Shown here piece after piece: positions 1 through 13,800 of a DNA stretch of 64,000 bases. The DNA is from Amoebophrya sp. A120 (taxonomy: Eukaryota > Protista > Dinoflagellata). The notes beneath the pieces were generated by a model. The model saw only the letters and a program-made list of their open reading frames with translations. It ran no database searches and had not been told where the DNA came from. The stretch covers positions 8,662,179 through 8,726,178 of the forward strand of contig CAJINV010000003.1 in assembly GCA_905178155.1 (NCBI GenBank), given 5' to 3'. The translations under genes were made by a program, and so were the position numbers. The first letter of the stretch is position 1, and the number at the start of each line of letters is the position of its first letter.

Positions 1-1019
1 CTGCGAGGTGAAAAACCACGACACAATGTGGCCACTGGCGGCCTTCGAATCCCCGGCCCAAATGTACTCCGCCGCAACCCCCCTAGCGTTCGGCTCCCTG
101 TGCTCCTTCTGCGCACCCGTGCGCCGGTGGTAAATGACATCCCGGCGAATTGGCGCAAATCGGCCGCGCTCGCCCGAACCATGCTCCTCCTTCGACATTG
201 TGTGCGTGGCGGCTAAGTATCTGAATGTCTTCAAGAAACTAGAAAATAAAAGCGTAGCAGGAAAAAGAGACAGCTTGCTGGAGGAAAAAAATAAAAGTGC
301 TGGCGGCGATCATAGATCTAAACTAATGCACGAAGATGACAACAGAGGCGCACTGACAACCAACGCTCTGAGTGCAGTCTGCATGGGTGAGACGGAAATA
401 GGTGGTCGCTGTTTGGAAATAGGATGCGCATGGCCGAGGGCATGCGATATATAAGACAAGACTTTCATCATGAGCGGCCTACGCGCCTACCGCGGCTGTT
501 TTCCGCTCTCCGGCAATCTACGGTCTAAAACGATCCACGGCTCGACGATTCAAGTGCGGGCCACTAGCGCAGCCAATTTAAGAACGTAATCAAGTCAATA
601 CTCCAAGCCTACGGCGGAGATCCAAGCGCCTGCTAAGTACCTAGAGCGATCGGGCATGGGGCTAAGGCGTTCGACTTCTATCTTCTTTCAAAAGAGGGCT
701 CGGCCTGATGCAAGTGTGCGCCGTCCCCCTAGCGGGAGCAGGTGGCGGCGCGCATGCATGTTCACGCGGAATCTGCCCGAGGTGTGTCCCCTGCCAGGCA
801 TGATTTACCGCCCCGCGCGTCGTGCGCTCGGGTCGCGGTGTCAATCGCTTCCAGATCAGATGCCGTTTGCAGTTTATGCCAAGTTACGTCGCGCTGCCCC
901 GTGCGCTGCTTCCCCGCCCCAGACTGTGAACTCTGTGAAAATTGCTCTTTCTAGCGCAAGTTTGCGATGTCAAACCGAGCGGGCGAAGCTAGTCGAGTCT
1001 CGTCTAATAACTATAGAAG

Positions 1020-1520
1020 CAAAGCTTCAGCCAATTGCTGCTGATTCTTCAGAAGGTTTTTCTTCTGCAGAGCTTCCGAAGAAGAGTTGAAAAAAGAGCC
1101 ACCTTTTTTGAGCGGGAATATAGTCGATTGTAACCGTGACCGTTTTGACCTTCAGAAGGTCACACCTTCTGAAGGTTTTTTTTGGCCTTCAGAAGAAAAA
1201 ATGAAAAATGAGCAAAGAAACCTTCAGAAGGCCAAAAGTGGCCGCTTTGCAACTCTTCAGATGGTTAAAAAGCTTCAGAAGGTCGCACCTTTTTGACCTT
1301 CAGAAGGCCTGCCGACTTTTTCGACAAAAAAAGGCAGCGAAGTGTCGCAATTTTGGCCAACCTTCAGAAGGTTGAGAACCTTCAGAAGCTTTTTCAAATC
1401 TTTCTCCAATGCGGCAGCTTTATGCTTGCGCTTTTTCCTATTCTTCAGAAGCTTCGGCCTTCTGGAGGTCATCTTCTGTAGATTCTTTTGAAGACTCAAA
1501 AGCTTCTGAAGAGTCTGAAG
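1020..1520. repeat. Cluster of CTTC(A/T)GAAG interrupted palindromes
   Basis: Roughly 15 exact or near copies, e.g. near 1048, 1150, 1167, 1187, 1222, 1273, 1298, 1362, 1380, 1443 and 1503, often extended to CCTTCAGAAGG. Confidence 0.85.
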
Positions 1521-1806
1521 CTAGTCTGCTAAAACGACAAACATTCTGACAGGCGCTGACGCGCGTTGTCTTCTTGCTCGCCTACAATGTGCTGTTGCTT
1601 TTTGTGTCGCGAATCACAAAAAAGCCCATGGCGCCTGCGTTTACAACATTCTTTGCAGAGGCCTGCGCCTGTGCTGCGCTTTGCCTCTGAAAGGCGCTTT
1701 TTTCGGCTGTGGTAAATGCCCTGCCCTGGAGAAGGTGGCTTTTTTTTTTTCTCTTTTACTTTTTTGCTTCTTGTTGGCACTTAAGTAAGTTCTGCCTGGA
1801 GCTTGG

Positions 1807-4800
1807 TTAGTGAGCCAGGCCGCGGACGACGGCGTCCAGTACGACTATGACTACCGGTTACCTGTTTTCACTAAGACTAGCCAAGCAGTAGAAAGCACTT
1901 GCAACCAATAATTCCAAACTTGGCCCAGCAACAATTGAAATCAGCCTTGCCCCACGACGCAGTCGTGGGGAGTGGTTCTTAGAAACTAAGGAGCCCCACT
2001 GCTGCAACAAATCTGATGAATTGCAAAACCGTTGCCCTTCCAACTTTGTCGATTTCAAGCCTGACACTTCCATACTGTCTTCGAGGCTCTTATACTCCTC
2101 TGGCAAAGGCGCTTGTTTGTATGCCGCTTCCCCGACACTACCCCAAAAATAGTTGCCCTTCATCAGGTCTGCAGAGGTCGTCGGATTGTAGTTGAGCATT
2201 CGGAGGGCGTCTGCAATGTTTCCGAAAAATTGCTGCTGCTTGTCCTTGTTTATGTTTTCAGAAAGCCCGTGGTACCCGCACTGGGAAGCCCCCCGCTTCT
2301 CGCTGCCGTCTGTTTTCGTTTCCTTAGCTGCCTTCTTGTCCTTGCTGGAGTATCCTGTGCAAATAAAGTATCGTACTCGTATAAATGCATTACAAAATAT
2401 TTCCTCAGCATGAGAAATAAAATTTGTAAATGCGGATTTAGTTCAAGAAAAAAAATGGTACTGCATGACTGCAATTACTCTTACTACGAGTGCGATACTT
2501 TTGCACAGGATATGGAGATGACCCTGTTCCCGATTTCACCCACAAAATTGTTGTACTGATAAACCAGAGGATATGGGAGTGTCAGGATGATCGAAATCGT
2601 CAAAGTTGGAAAAATTTGCAATGCACAAAACCGATATCAGTTGGAAGCCCACTTATGAAGCGGCGCATGACAAATTTTCGGAGCACCGGAATCCGATTTG
2701 TCATGCTATTTGGGCGCAAAGGACTGCTTTTGTCATGCTCCTTTAGCAGCTCTATCCCAAACCCTAACTAGGCTCACAATCTGCCTCGCTTCTCATCCCG
2801 GCAAGACAGGCACTTCATGCGCATGCCTTGCATTTATATGCATCATGGCAAATTCTTTCAACTTTGTCGATTTCGATCCTGACGCCCCCATAAAGGAAAG
2901 ACAAAGGCTGGAGCGGCATTTATTTCGCGATTGTTGTAGTCGTTCGCGTCACGCCGCACGACGCAATATTCGTACAACCTTTGTTCGCTTCTGGTCTTCC
3001 GTCCTCGGGGGGGCTCCACGATTGGGGTCTGGGAGGCAAGTTGGGCCTCCACCTCTTTCGTCTTCTGCACCAGCTGCCGGATTGGAACATCCCCGATACC
3101 CCAGGCAGCGTCTTCGGCGAATGGCATGCTCGCCAGATCTTGAAGTGCCCGCTCGTTCAGTTTATACAACAAGGGGCATGGTTCTTCCTCAATTGCCCGG
3201 GTGCCAGAGCTTGGTATCGGGCACTGTTCTTCCGGTCGCCGCCTATGAAATGAAAATTTCCTGCACCACACGCAAAAAACACATCACAAATCTCGCTGAG
3301 CTAGAGCCTGCCACCTGTCCTGCTGAATAGGACTGAGAGAAAGTTCTGCCATGCAGAGGAGAAACCGCATTCGCACGTGAGCGGGAAATTTTTTTGGATA
3401 CCAGTTCCACACGCGCGCCACGTCGTATCCCAGGGGAAGCGACATCAAGTACTCAATGTAGTCTTTCAGCCACGACACTGCCCGCTCCCTCAGCTGGTCC
3501 CGAGCAAGGCTGACGAACGTGCGAAGGGACCGAAAAATTTCTCCCGGCCCCTGCCCTTTACAGAACGGAATAAGTTTATGCTTCGCGGTGTCCTCACACA
3601 ACGCTACTGCGGGGCCGTCGACGTATTTGCCTTCCGGACCCTCCCCCATGAAGCCCGTAAACAACACCGCTAGACTCGGGTAATCCGGATCGGGATCATG
3701 CGTGGCACTGGAGATGGAGGTCGCGGCTGCGTTCGTTGTTTTAGTTGGGGTTCCGGGGGAAGATGTAGAGTCCCCGCGACCTCCACCAGTATGCCCAGCC
3801 CATAAGCTCCAAAACGCGCGCTGGGTGAGCGCCAGTCGATACGGCTTCTCGCGAGAAGAATGCGAAGCAATTTCCCCGTACAGCTCCTCGCCGGCAGAGT
3901 CTGAAAAGTCTGCAAAAGCTTTCATTGCATCTACAATGCGCCAGGCAATGGCCAGGAAGAAGACGTGCGTAACTTTCGCGCAGTCTGCGATATTGCCCTT
4001 CAGCATGAATCTCTCCGCCAGACGGGTAGTGGACCGCCCCAGCATGCCGCCTTCTCTCTTGAGTTTCCCAAGGTCTCGGTCTTGCACCCCGATGGCATCG
4101 AGGTACTTGTACACCAAACCGAGCGGCCTCTCGCCAGGGTACAGGTCCGAGCCGAGCAGGCTGCCATCCTCGTCGCGCAGGGCACCCGTGTTCTCGTCGA
4201 ACGCACTCACTGAGAGAGTGCTCCAGTGCATGACCACCTCAGTCTTAATGTTATTTACGATGCCTTCCTTGTCCTCCTTGGAGGGCACAATCTTACGGCA
4301 AACGTTCAGGTCTTTCTTCTGATCCTTCTTCGCGTACTTGATCTTCACCAAGTTCCGCTTCGCGGCCTCGCCTTCCGGCGGCGCCCCTTGCCGGGTCGCG
4401 GCGCCCGCCTTGCCCTTCCCCTTCCCTTTTTTCCCCTTCCCGCGCTTCTTTCCTTTTCTTTGTTTCCCCTTGCCTTTCTTCTTGCCTCCCTTGCCCTTCC
4501 TCTTCTTGCCCTTTCCCTTGCCCTTCTTTTTGCTGTTTCCCTTCTTGCTTCCTTTGCCTTTCACTTTCTTTCCCTTTTTCCCCTTGCCCTTTCTAGCCGA
4601 CGCACTAACCGCCTTCTTCTCGTGGTCCTCTTGAAGCTCCTCCAGGGCCGCTGTTTGGTGGTCCTCGTGCTGTTGCTGGTGTTTTTCTATGAAGGCCGCG
4701 CGCAATGCAGTCCAAAAGCCCGCGGGGTCTTTGCCCCCATTCGTGACTGAGTCAAGCAATGCTTGCGAAGTGGGTGAAAGTGCTCGACCTCCACGAATCT

Positions 4801-7800
4801 GAGTTATTGTTGTAGGCGGGGTTTCCTCCAAGAAGGAACTAGCTTCCAACTCACTAGGCCCGTCCGTGCCAATACCAGCACCAGGGCACCAGTACAAGGT
4901 CTCGGTCGTCGTTCCTGCTATGCCTAATATTTGGCTCTGACTGAGTGGCGGGGCTACGAAGGGGCCTGCGCCGTGGCCCCTGCGTGTTCCTAAAGCGCTG
5001 CACCTAGGCTGCGTCTGCGATGGAGCGAGCCAGGTCGATTGCGAAGCGGGAGCCTCCGTGTCAATGTGCGGGTGGCCGCCTGCGGGTAGGTACCCATACC
5101 AAAGCACCGAGCCGGTTTTCGCACGCCCAGCGGGCTGCTCAACATCGGTGTCCTGCGATGTTCCAGCATCGAAGCTGAGAAGGACCAGCATTTGGTTGGT
5201 TGACGAACTGTGTTCGTCGACGCCTACAAACACGCTTTCGAGTTCCACGGAGGTGATCGGCACACCTTCTGCGGTTCTGGAAGCTGCGGGACCGCCGCAG
5301 GCAGCCCACTCGGCGCTGTGCGGACCGTCACCGGGCGGAAACACTCCCGGAAAGATACAGGGGCCGGTCCCGGATTTCCCCGCGCCCCAGGCAACCGTTC
5401 GCACGGAAGGCCACAAGGAGCTGGCCTGCGAAAACATCCAGCCTGGTGAGATAACGTACTCCCACGACGTACCGCCGCGGGCGAGCGGGTCCCTTCTACC
5501 TGTTTTTCGACTAGTACGCAGAACCGCAGCGCTGCAGCGGGTGCTGAGTAGCTGGCGAAGCCACTCCCCGTCGCTCAAGTCCAGGTGGCCGCTCCACAGG
5601 AAGCCACGGGACAACAACCCGGTTTCTTCTTGTTCTTCTTGCCGTTCTTCCACGCCTTCGTCCGGTACCCACGCGTACCCGTCATGCCGCCCGTCCAGCT
5701 GCATCAGCATTCCCAACAGCTGGGCCTGTCTGGCGCCACGGTCCTTGTTAGTAGCTGTACTTTGGTGCGCAAGTAGGAGTTGCGCACCTGCTGTGCCTAC
5801 GCCTGCAGAAGGTGGTGCGCCAAGAACACTGTCTCGGGGCTGGTCCTCAACACCAGTGCCGGTCTTCAGCTCCAACAAAGAGGCAGGACTACTAGATTCA
5901 GCAGCGACGAGTCCACTACGGTGGACCAACTCGTCGACGTTGGACGCCGCGGTGGTGAACAAGGGAGCGTTGTCATTATACTGATGGAGATGCGCCGCCG
6001 CCGCGTGGTGCACCCGATCTGGAATATCGTCTTGCTCGTTCTTTCCGGCAGCAGGACGCGGCGGCTTCTCCTGCACGTGCTGAGCACCAGGGTCGTCAGG
6101 CGAAGTTTGCGTTCCCGAGCCTCCGCTCCACCCCCGAAGGGTCATCGGCATCTCGCCTCGGTCTGGCGCAGCACCTTCCGCCGCCGGCCGTCGTTCTTCG
6201 TGCGCTGGAAAGATGATTCGCTCGCTGAGCTCCAGAAAGCTCGCAATCTCGTCCGGGTCCATGAATTCCGCAAATTCCGCAGCGGCCCGAGCCAGGCTCT
6301 CATCCACCGGCGCCGGACGCGCAGTGACCTTGAGCCCGCTGCGCAAGCGGTCGATTGCAGCGGATTCCTCACCACGATCCTTGTCGCCAACCTTCCTCTG
6401 TCCCCGCGGAATCACCTGCGGACGCATTGCGTCGTGCCCCAGCTCCTCGACACAAAGCGCGGACTGCGTGCGCGCCTGCCAGAGACGAAACAGCGTCACC
6501 AGGTTGTTTGGCAGAGAGGGCCCCACCTTCTGAAATTCAGAGCTACAGGAGCCTGTCACCGTCTGTGCCTTCAACGAAATGCGGAGGAATTGCCAGCCGT
6601 GCGGAACAATCTTCACCGCGTTCACCTTGCCAAGCTGCGGCAGGATCTCGGATGCGATCTGCTGGTATCGCTTTTCAGTCTTCACGGACTCCAGAAGGCC
6701 CCGCAACAGTTCACGGCTTGCGTAGGGAAACGCCTCCAGTATCGTGGACGCACCGCCCTGGCTTTTCTTGCATTGGTCTAGTTGGTAGCGGGTCACGTCG
6801 AGATCCTCGCTTGTCACGTAAATTTGCGCGTCTAGGTCTACCCCCCCCACGGCAGGCGAGCCGCCTCCACCGCCTCCGCTTGATTCCATCATCCTGTTCG
6901 GCTCAATCACCCGCCGAGTGGGATTGCTCCCGTTGCTCGCTTGTTCTAGCAGCCCACAGGCCTTCAGCAAGTTCTCCAGAAAGGCTCGACTCAAGTCATG
7001 AATGCGCGCATCCGCGGGCTGCAGCAGGGGACCGGAAGCGACAGGGTACATGCCGAAAACCAAGTACTTTGCGAACTGTGCCAAGGTGTTGCTTTCTGCC
7101 ACGGTGCGTGCGTGCTTCTGCAGGGCTGGTGAGCAGGAGCTGCTGCTTGCTTTCTTGGAAGCTGCCTGCAGCACCGAGCCCCACTTCTCTTCCACATTTT
7201 CGCTCGCGAAGGACGCAAACGACTGGGACTTCTTCTCGTCGCCGTACAGAAGGCGCAGACTTTCGCGGATCATCGCATACAGCCTTGCTCGGAGATGCCA
7301 GCGCCGCAGCTCTTGCCGCTGCCGCCACGCGTAACGGCCAACGACTTCGACAAAACGTCGCACGGAGGAAGCCGCCCGCATGGGGCTGGCTGCCGTGCGG
7401 GTCGCTAGCCGCGGGCAATCTTGAGCCAGCGAGACAGCGCTGCCCTCGGCCGCTTGTGCTCGTTTCCCAACATCCGTGCCGGTGCTGCCGTCGACTTCCT
7501 CTTCGATGCGAACTTCCAGCTGGAAATCCTTCCTACCAGCTTCCACGAGCTCGTCCTGAACCAAACCGAAAAAGTTTTCCTGAGTAAAAACGTACCCACA
7601 CCAGAGTTGTCATGCGACTTTGCCATGAGAGGAACATTTGTGATGCGCAACCCCATGACAGGCATTTTCAATCGTGTTTGGGAACTTGTAATGCTGTAAA
7701 CAGGATCAGCAGATCGATTTGTGATGCGGCTTTCCTTGCTAACTTGCACTACCTTACGGACTGAAACTTGTCATGCGTGACTCACAAAACTCTTAGGTTT

Positions 7801-10800
7801 GTGTTGCAAAATCCCCATCCTGACTCTGGTGTGGGTACGTTTTTACTCAGGATAGAAGTCGGAAAACAACCGCCAAGGTTCCCCGAGGGCCTGTGGATCT
7901 TGCGGAGGCTCGCTGGTGGGCGCGAAGCCGGATGGCGCTCGGTTGGCGGAAAACAACACTGTCGTGATCACCTCCATGGCGCGCGCCAGCTGATGTGGCT
8001 GCTTCCCGCCCACGGGCAGTTGCATGAGCGGACGACAGACACCGGAGAAAAACGGGTGCAAAGACTTGCGATACCGCTCGAAGGAAGCCGCAAGGGTTGG
8101 CAGCAGCACGCGTAACCAAGCCTGCAGTCCGTGTTCCTTCGCGCCGGGACTCCGAGGGCCTGGCAAAAGGCCCTTCTTCGAGCCGAAGTCCTGCAAAAGT
8201 TCACGGAGAGATAAATCCAACAGCCGAAAGTCTTCCGCCCCCTCCTCGTAGAACTCGGGAAGGAAGCTGCCTAGCTGCCAGTTCGCGCTGTTGGGAACGC
8301 TTGCCATCATCCGGTATATCACAGTGAAAAATGCCCCCCACCCCTGAAATTGCAAGAATCTGTGATGCGAAGTTTCCAAATGAAAGCTTTTTGTCATGCA
8401 TGAAAGGAGTACGAATCTTTCTGATGCAGATTCTAGTCGTGTTTCGCATCGCTTGCATGACAAGCACCGCTCTTGCTGGGATCTTTTGCAATACAAATTT
8501 TTGCTATTCACGATCGGAAATCTGTGATGCTGATACACGCAAGAGGGCGAATGTTTCATATTCATTTGGAAAGATTTGCAATACAAATGCTTTCAAGTTC
8601 GGGGGTGGGGGCATTTTTCATTGTAATACGGTACTGGTTGTAACCTGTCTGTGCCTGGTATCGAAGTGTTAGGCTGTTGCAAATTGCCAAGATCACGACC
8701 ACGGAGGGGCAGTGGAAAACTTCCAATGCAAAACTTTAACGGACATCCGCGAGCGCGACCAGCACATATGATCATGCAACACAAACATTTAGAGCTCGTC
8801 TAATATCGCCTAAAAATTAGCGCGCATCATGCGCTGCACAAAAAACAAACAAACCCGGCTTCCTGACCATGGCGGCTCACTGCCAGCGGTGTCACGGAGA
8901 TGCATAGAAGGCTCATGAGTTGCAGCGGTTAGGCTCTGCTAGAGTTTTGGCGAGGCCCAACAGTCGCTCACTACGGTCGTTGATGCCGCCGGCAAGAAGA
9001 AGAACGACGAGCCTCTCTCATATTTGTATAATATTGAGCTAATAGACTTAGACACGCAGGGTTTATCTCGCTGGAATGGGAGGCGTCGCGGGACCAAAAT
9101 CGCCATGATGTGGCTGGCCACCAAAAATTATAAAGTATGTCCAGGTCCTCGTGCAGCTGCAGTAGCTGTCGCCCTCATGCACTTGTTCTCCACCGGATTT
9201 TATTCTATATCTTAAGTATACGTAATGGCAATATGTACTTAGTCCAGCAAGTTGGCAATTTGCCAGCGGAAGATCATCCCATACCAGGTCCGTGCTGACG
9301 CGGGCGTCCGCCTCCAGAAGGCCCTCGCGCAGGGAGGTCGGCATATCAAAAGAAAAAATCCCCCCTCCCCATATCAAAGCGCAAATCTGTGCTGCAGATT
9401 TGTGGCCACAGAGCAGCCCTGTCTTGCAGTAGAGGACTGCAGGCCAACGCCAAGCCTGAGTGGGAGAGGTTTTGGCCTAGGCGCTCAGCATGACAAAAGT
9501 CCATGCTGTAGGCCCAACAGCATCACAAACCGCCGGCATAGTGCGGGGGGCCTTCTGGCTTTGCCTTCTTGCAAGACAGACGCGATTTGTGACCACAAAT
9601 CAGCATCACAAATTTCCGAAAATATACCTTTTCGGTATGGGGAGGGGGAATTTTTCCTTTTGATACGGCACAAACACAGACACAGCCTGCTGTTCGTTTG
9701 ATGATTGATGAACGCATTCCCTCAAAATTAACCATCGCCATCAACTTTTTGAATCATGACAAGCATACAACTTTTTCAGTTTCCTTTCTACATGCTTTGC
9801 ATGACGATGAGGTGGATGGTTCTTCATTTTCAGGGAATAGAACGGCGCTGAAGTCGATCGCCAGTTTCTGCAGAGTCCCAACGCAGAGCTCGCGTTCCCA
9901 ATACAGGGCCACTTCGAGGCTGGCCCGCGCATCCGCCTCACGCGCCTCGCCCGCAAAAACTGCTACCTCGCTAGAAGCTGTACTATCTGGGGACGAAACA
10001 GGATGGTTAGGTGTGGTCGAAGAACGCACGTGGAGCGGGTTCGGTCCTTTTGAGAGAACACTGGGGGGGCGGGAAGGTCGCTTGTTGCTTCCGACAGAGC
10101 CGACTCCAGTTTGCCAGGGTTGGCCCGCCGATCGTCCCATCGACTGCGTGCAGCTATCCCAACCAGAGGGTCCCCCCGGCTTGGCAGTAAGGCAGTACCG
10201 GAAATCCGCCAGCCGACGCAGAATACCCTCCGCTCCTCCCCGGCCTTGCTGGATCTGCTGTGCGAGCGTTTTGAGAAGGATCTCCAAGTGCGCACGGTGC
10301 GCGTCGAACTTTACATGGCTTAGGAGATCACGAAGGACGCGCGCGGCCCGGAAACGAGTCTGTGCTTCCAATGTGCTCGCCCGGTTGAGTGTCGACAGCA
10401 GTGGCTGCTCGTCCGGCATCTTCGCCGTCGACGCCGACGCCGTCGTGGCCGGCCCGAGCTTGGAGCAAACCTGAAAGTACATCGCGAGTCCGGGGCGCAA
10501 CACCCGACGCACTATCTCCTCGTAGACCGGCGTCTGGGTGGGGCTTTGCTCGTCCTGGGTGAGGAGGCTTTGCGCGGTGAGGCTGCGCATCACCACGCCC
10601 ATAACCGTCGTGATGGCTTCCATCTGCGCCGCCTCGCTATGATTCGCGGCAACCAGCTTTCCACGCTCCTCGAGAAACGCCTCGACGACCAACTGCAGCA
10701 CTCGCGCGTTAACCACCAGGCCCTGGCTATTGTACTCCGCTGGGTGCCGTTATGGAAGTGTCAGGTTGAAAATCGACAAGGACAAGAAAATGGAAATAAA

Positions 10801-13800
10801 TTTAGTACTTCGTGATCATTTGCCGCGCTAACGAGGACCCGAGCACAGCTACTAACTATGCAACCCATAAAGCAGCTCTTGTCCGATTCCGCGTCGCAAA
10901 AAGCTACGTTGTACTTATGTGACGATTTCCAAGCTGCTCTACCATAGGCCCCCATCCTGTTCCACCATCGAGCGCTCCGCGCGTTCCTGGTCCGACGGAA
11001 GCAGGAGAAGTTTGGCAATCCCGCCGAAGGCGGCATGTTTGAAATTCACCCCGAAGTCAACGTGCATGCGCTATCCACGAGAAAAACACCATCATAACCA
11101 ATCTCGTGTAGCATCTCTGGAATGCACTGCAATCCGCGCAAAAGCGCGTCACGCCAGAAACAGTTTCTGAAGAAGTTGCCGAGCTTTCTATTTGTGTCAT
11201 TTTTCTACATTGGCCAAGAGGTAGAGCTTCGTGTACAGGCACATAGAAAAAAGAAATACAAAACTCGAGTTGCGTGGTCGACCCCCGCCAAGCAAGTTGA
11301 AGTTTCTCACTTACGTACCTGAGCGCGCAAATAAAAAAAAGTGTGACTGTGCAGCTGGTGTTTTTTTTGTTCTCCATACTCGCAGCGCAGTAACTAGTAC
11401 CTTACTGCCCAACATCCTTTTCGATTCCGCAGCCGCACCCCCTGAGGTCGACCCCGTCGCCGGGCCCGGTACTGTAGCGACTACGTCCGCCTTCTGATAT
11501 GCCGGAATGGCAAACGCACGGTCGTTCTCCCAAGTACCGCCTGACGCCAGGAACACACTTAGGGCCACTTGGCCCTCCTCGGAACCTACATCGTAGCCCG
11601 CTCGCGACAGAAACTCCGGGACGATCCCGAGTACGCGTCCACTGGGCAGCGCGGGGCCGAGAAACCCGGTGTTCTGCAGGTAGTGCCCGTATGCGAAGCC
11701 AGCTGGAGCCCCACCTGTGGAGTCGTAATACAAGTTGCGACCCACCAACGCACGCAGCTTGCGCCAAGATTCAGCGGGCGTGGTTGCCAGCTGCTGCTTT
11801 CCGGCTCGGATCTTCCGCGTCCACTGCGGGCCCGCCCCTGTCGCGCGCTTGCGTCGAAGCCAGGGTATCAAGAAATCATGCTCCAGCACCTCAACGTCCC
11901 ACAGAAGTAGAAGCATCTCGTCCCGTAGTGCAAACAGGCCGGGTGTGAAGTCCGACATGGCCTCCATCGAGCCCGATTGTCGACTCGGAAGACCTTCCGG
12001 CGATGCTTGATTCTCTCCTGCTTCGCCTCCCACTAAATCCTCCTCCTCGCCGTTGTTTTCCGAAGATGCTGCGCTTGGTTGCTCCTCACTGTCGGACTCG
12101 CTACCAAGTGGTGCGGTCGTCCCGGTGCCCGTGCTCCCACCCGCCGCATCCTCGTTGTCATCGCTTGCACGGTATCAAATGCAAATATGTCTGGGTCTGG
12201 AAGATTCCGAGATTTGTCATGCAGATTTTCCATGATCCATGTCGTCACGTCTGGAATGCAGGGCCTAGCATGACAGATTCTGTGAGATCCCTATCATGCC
12301 TATCCTGCATGAGATGAAACTTCCTCTCAACTTGGTCAAAAGTGGACAGCTTTTGGCATTCATGCAACGGAGATTTTTGCACGATCCAGAGTTCGCATTA
12401 CAAGTTGCAATCTTCCAGACCCAGACATTTTTGCATTTGATACACGGTCGTCAGAGCTTGCTGAGGCCGAGGAGCCCTCCGCAGAAGAGCTCCCACTGGC
12501 GTCGGTACTCGACACGGGGGACGCCGGGGAATCCTCGGTGTCGGGAGTGCCTCCTTTTTGCTGCGAGGAGGAGGGCCGACGGTCCGCGCCGACATCAGCG
12601 GCGGGGATCTCATTGTATTCCAAAAACGCAGAACCGCCTGCGGCAGCGTCCCCTGCTCCGTCCTCTTCGCCTTTGTTCTCTACGTCCGTGTCGCCTGACT
12701 CGCTTGCAGACCCACCTTGCTCTTCATCACCTTCGTCAGAAGCGTTGTTCGATGCGCTCGACGCATATTCCCTGAAAATTAACCATCCGCATCCACTTTT
12801 TGCATAACAAACACACTTACACTTTTTACTACATGTTTTGCATAACAAATTGGATGGGGATGGTTACTTAATTTTCAGGGAATAACGCACCATTGGCCTC
12901 AGATTCTTCTTCGGGCTCGGGTTCCTCGGGCCCGACTGCGGCACCGGCGATGGCCGAGGCTCCCCGGCCCGGCTGGAAAGAAGAAACTCGGTCCACGTAG
13001 CCCTGGTTTTCACGCAGGCTGAAGGAAGTCGCCAGGTCGTTCACGAGCAAGATTCCGTCACGCAACATTTGAACGGGTCGGTGCTCCTCAAGCCACTGCA
13101 GCCACACGTGCTCCCGCTCGCTCCGTTGCAGCAGACGGAGAAGCATTAGCTGCGCACTACCAATGGCGGGCTCCACCCGCTGCTCGATGGTCCGGGCAAC
13201 ACCGGCCTCGTCAAGCGAGAGGGAATCAGCTCCACCTTCATCTGCAATCAAGCTCACGCTGAGACCCAACAAAGAGGAAGGATTTTCTTCGCCCACTTGT
13301 TCTTCCCTTGTGGCACCGGTGCTTTCTTCTTGTGAGCGAAGATCAGGCTTCGTTCGCTCTTCTTCAGATGTCCTTTGTAGTTCGGCCAAGTCCCGCACTC
13401 GTACACTCGAGGCTGCAGCTGCAGAGGGGCCTGCCGCAGAATCTAAAGACATGTCTTCCGCGACCACAACAGGAGAATTCTCGTTCTTCTCTGCTGCCGA
13501 GGCGCCGGATGGGCCAGGCTGCTCCAAGAACGAAGACGACGTGGTCATCAGGAAAGGTGCAGGCCCTGTTGATGTGTCGGTGGGTCTGTGATCCTCAGTC
13601 TCAACATTTTCAGATGCAACTACCGAGGAGGGTGGCAGGGAGCGACGACCACGACTGTGACGCTGATGTTCATCCGTTGCTGCTTCATCGGGGGCATCTT
13701 GCGATGCCGCTGATGCTTTTAAAGCAGGTAGCTGCCCGTGCGGCGCGGTCGCTCTCTGCTCCATTGGGGTTGCAGCTTCGTTCGTATTAGCCTCCCTGTT

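Noticed and set aside
3377-7587. Long plus-strand ORFs (e.g. 5058-5984, 5780-6781, 6355-7587) and similar ones opposite other genes
   Set aside because: They are antisense shadows of GC-rich minus-strand exons with no domain signal.
12033-12613. Recurrent peptides such as NLPDPDIFxFDT and KCLGLE in ORFs at 12033, 12398, 29107 and 44746
   Set aside because: They are translations of the introner TIR, not a protein motif.
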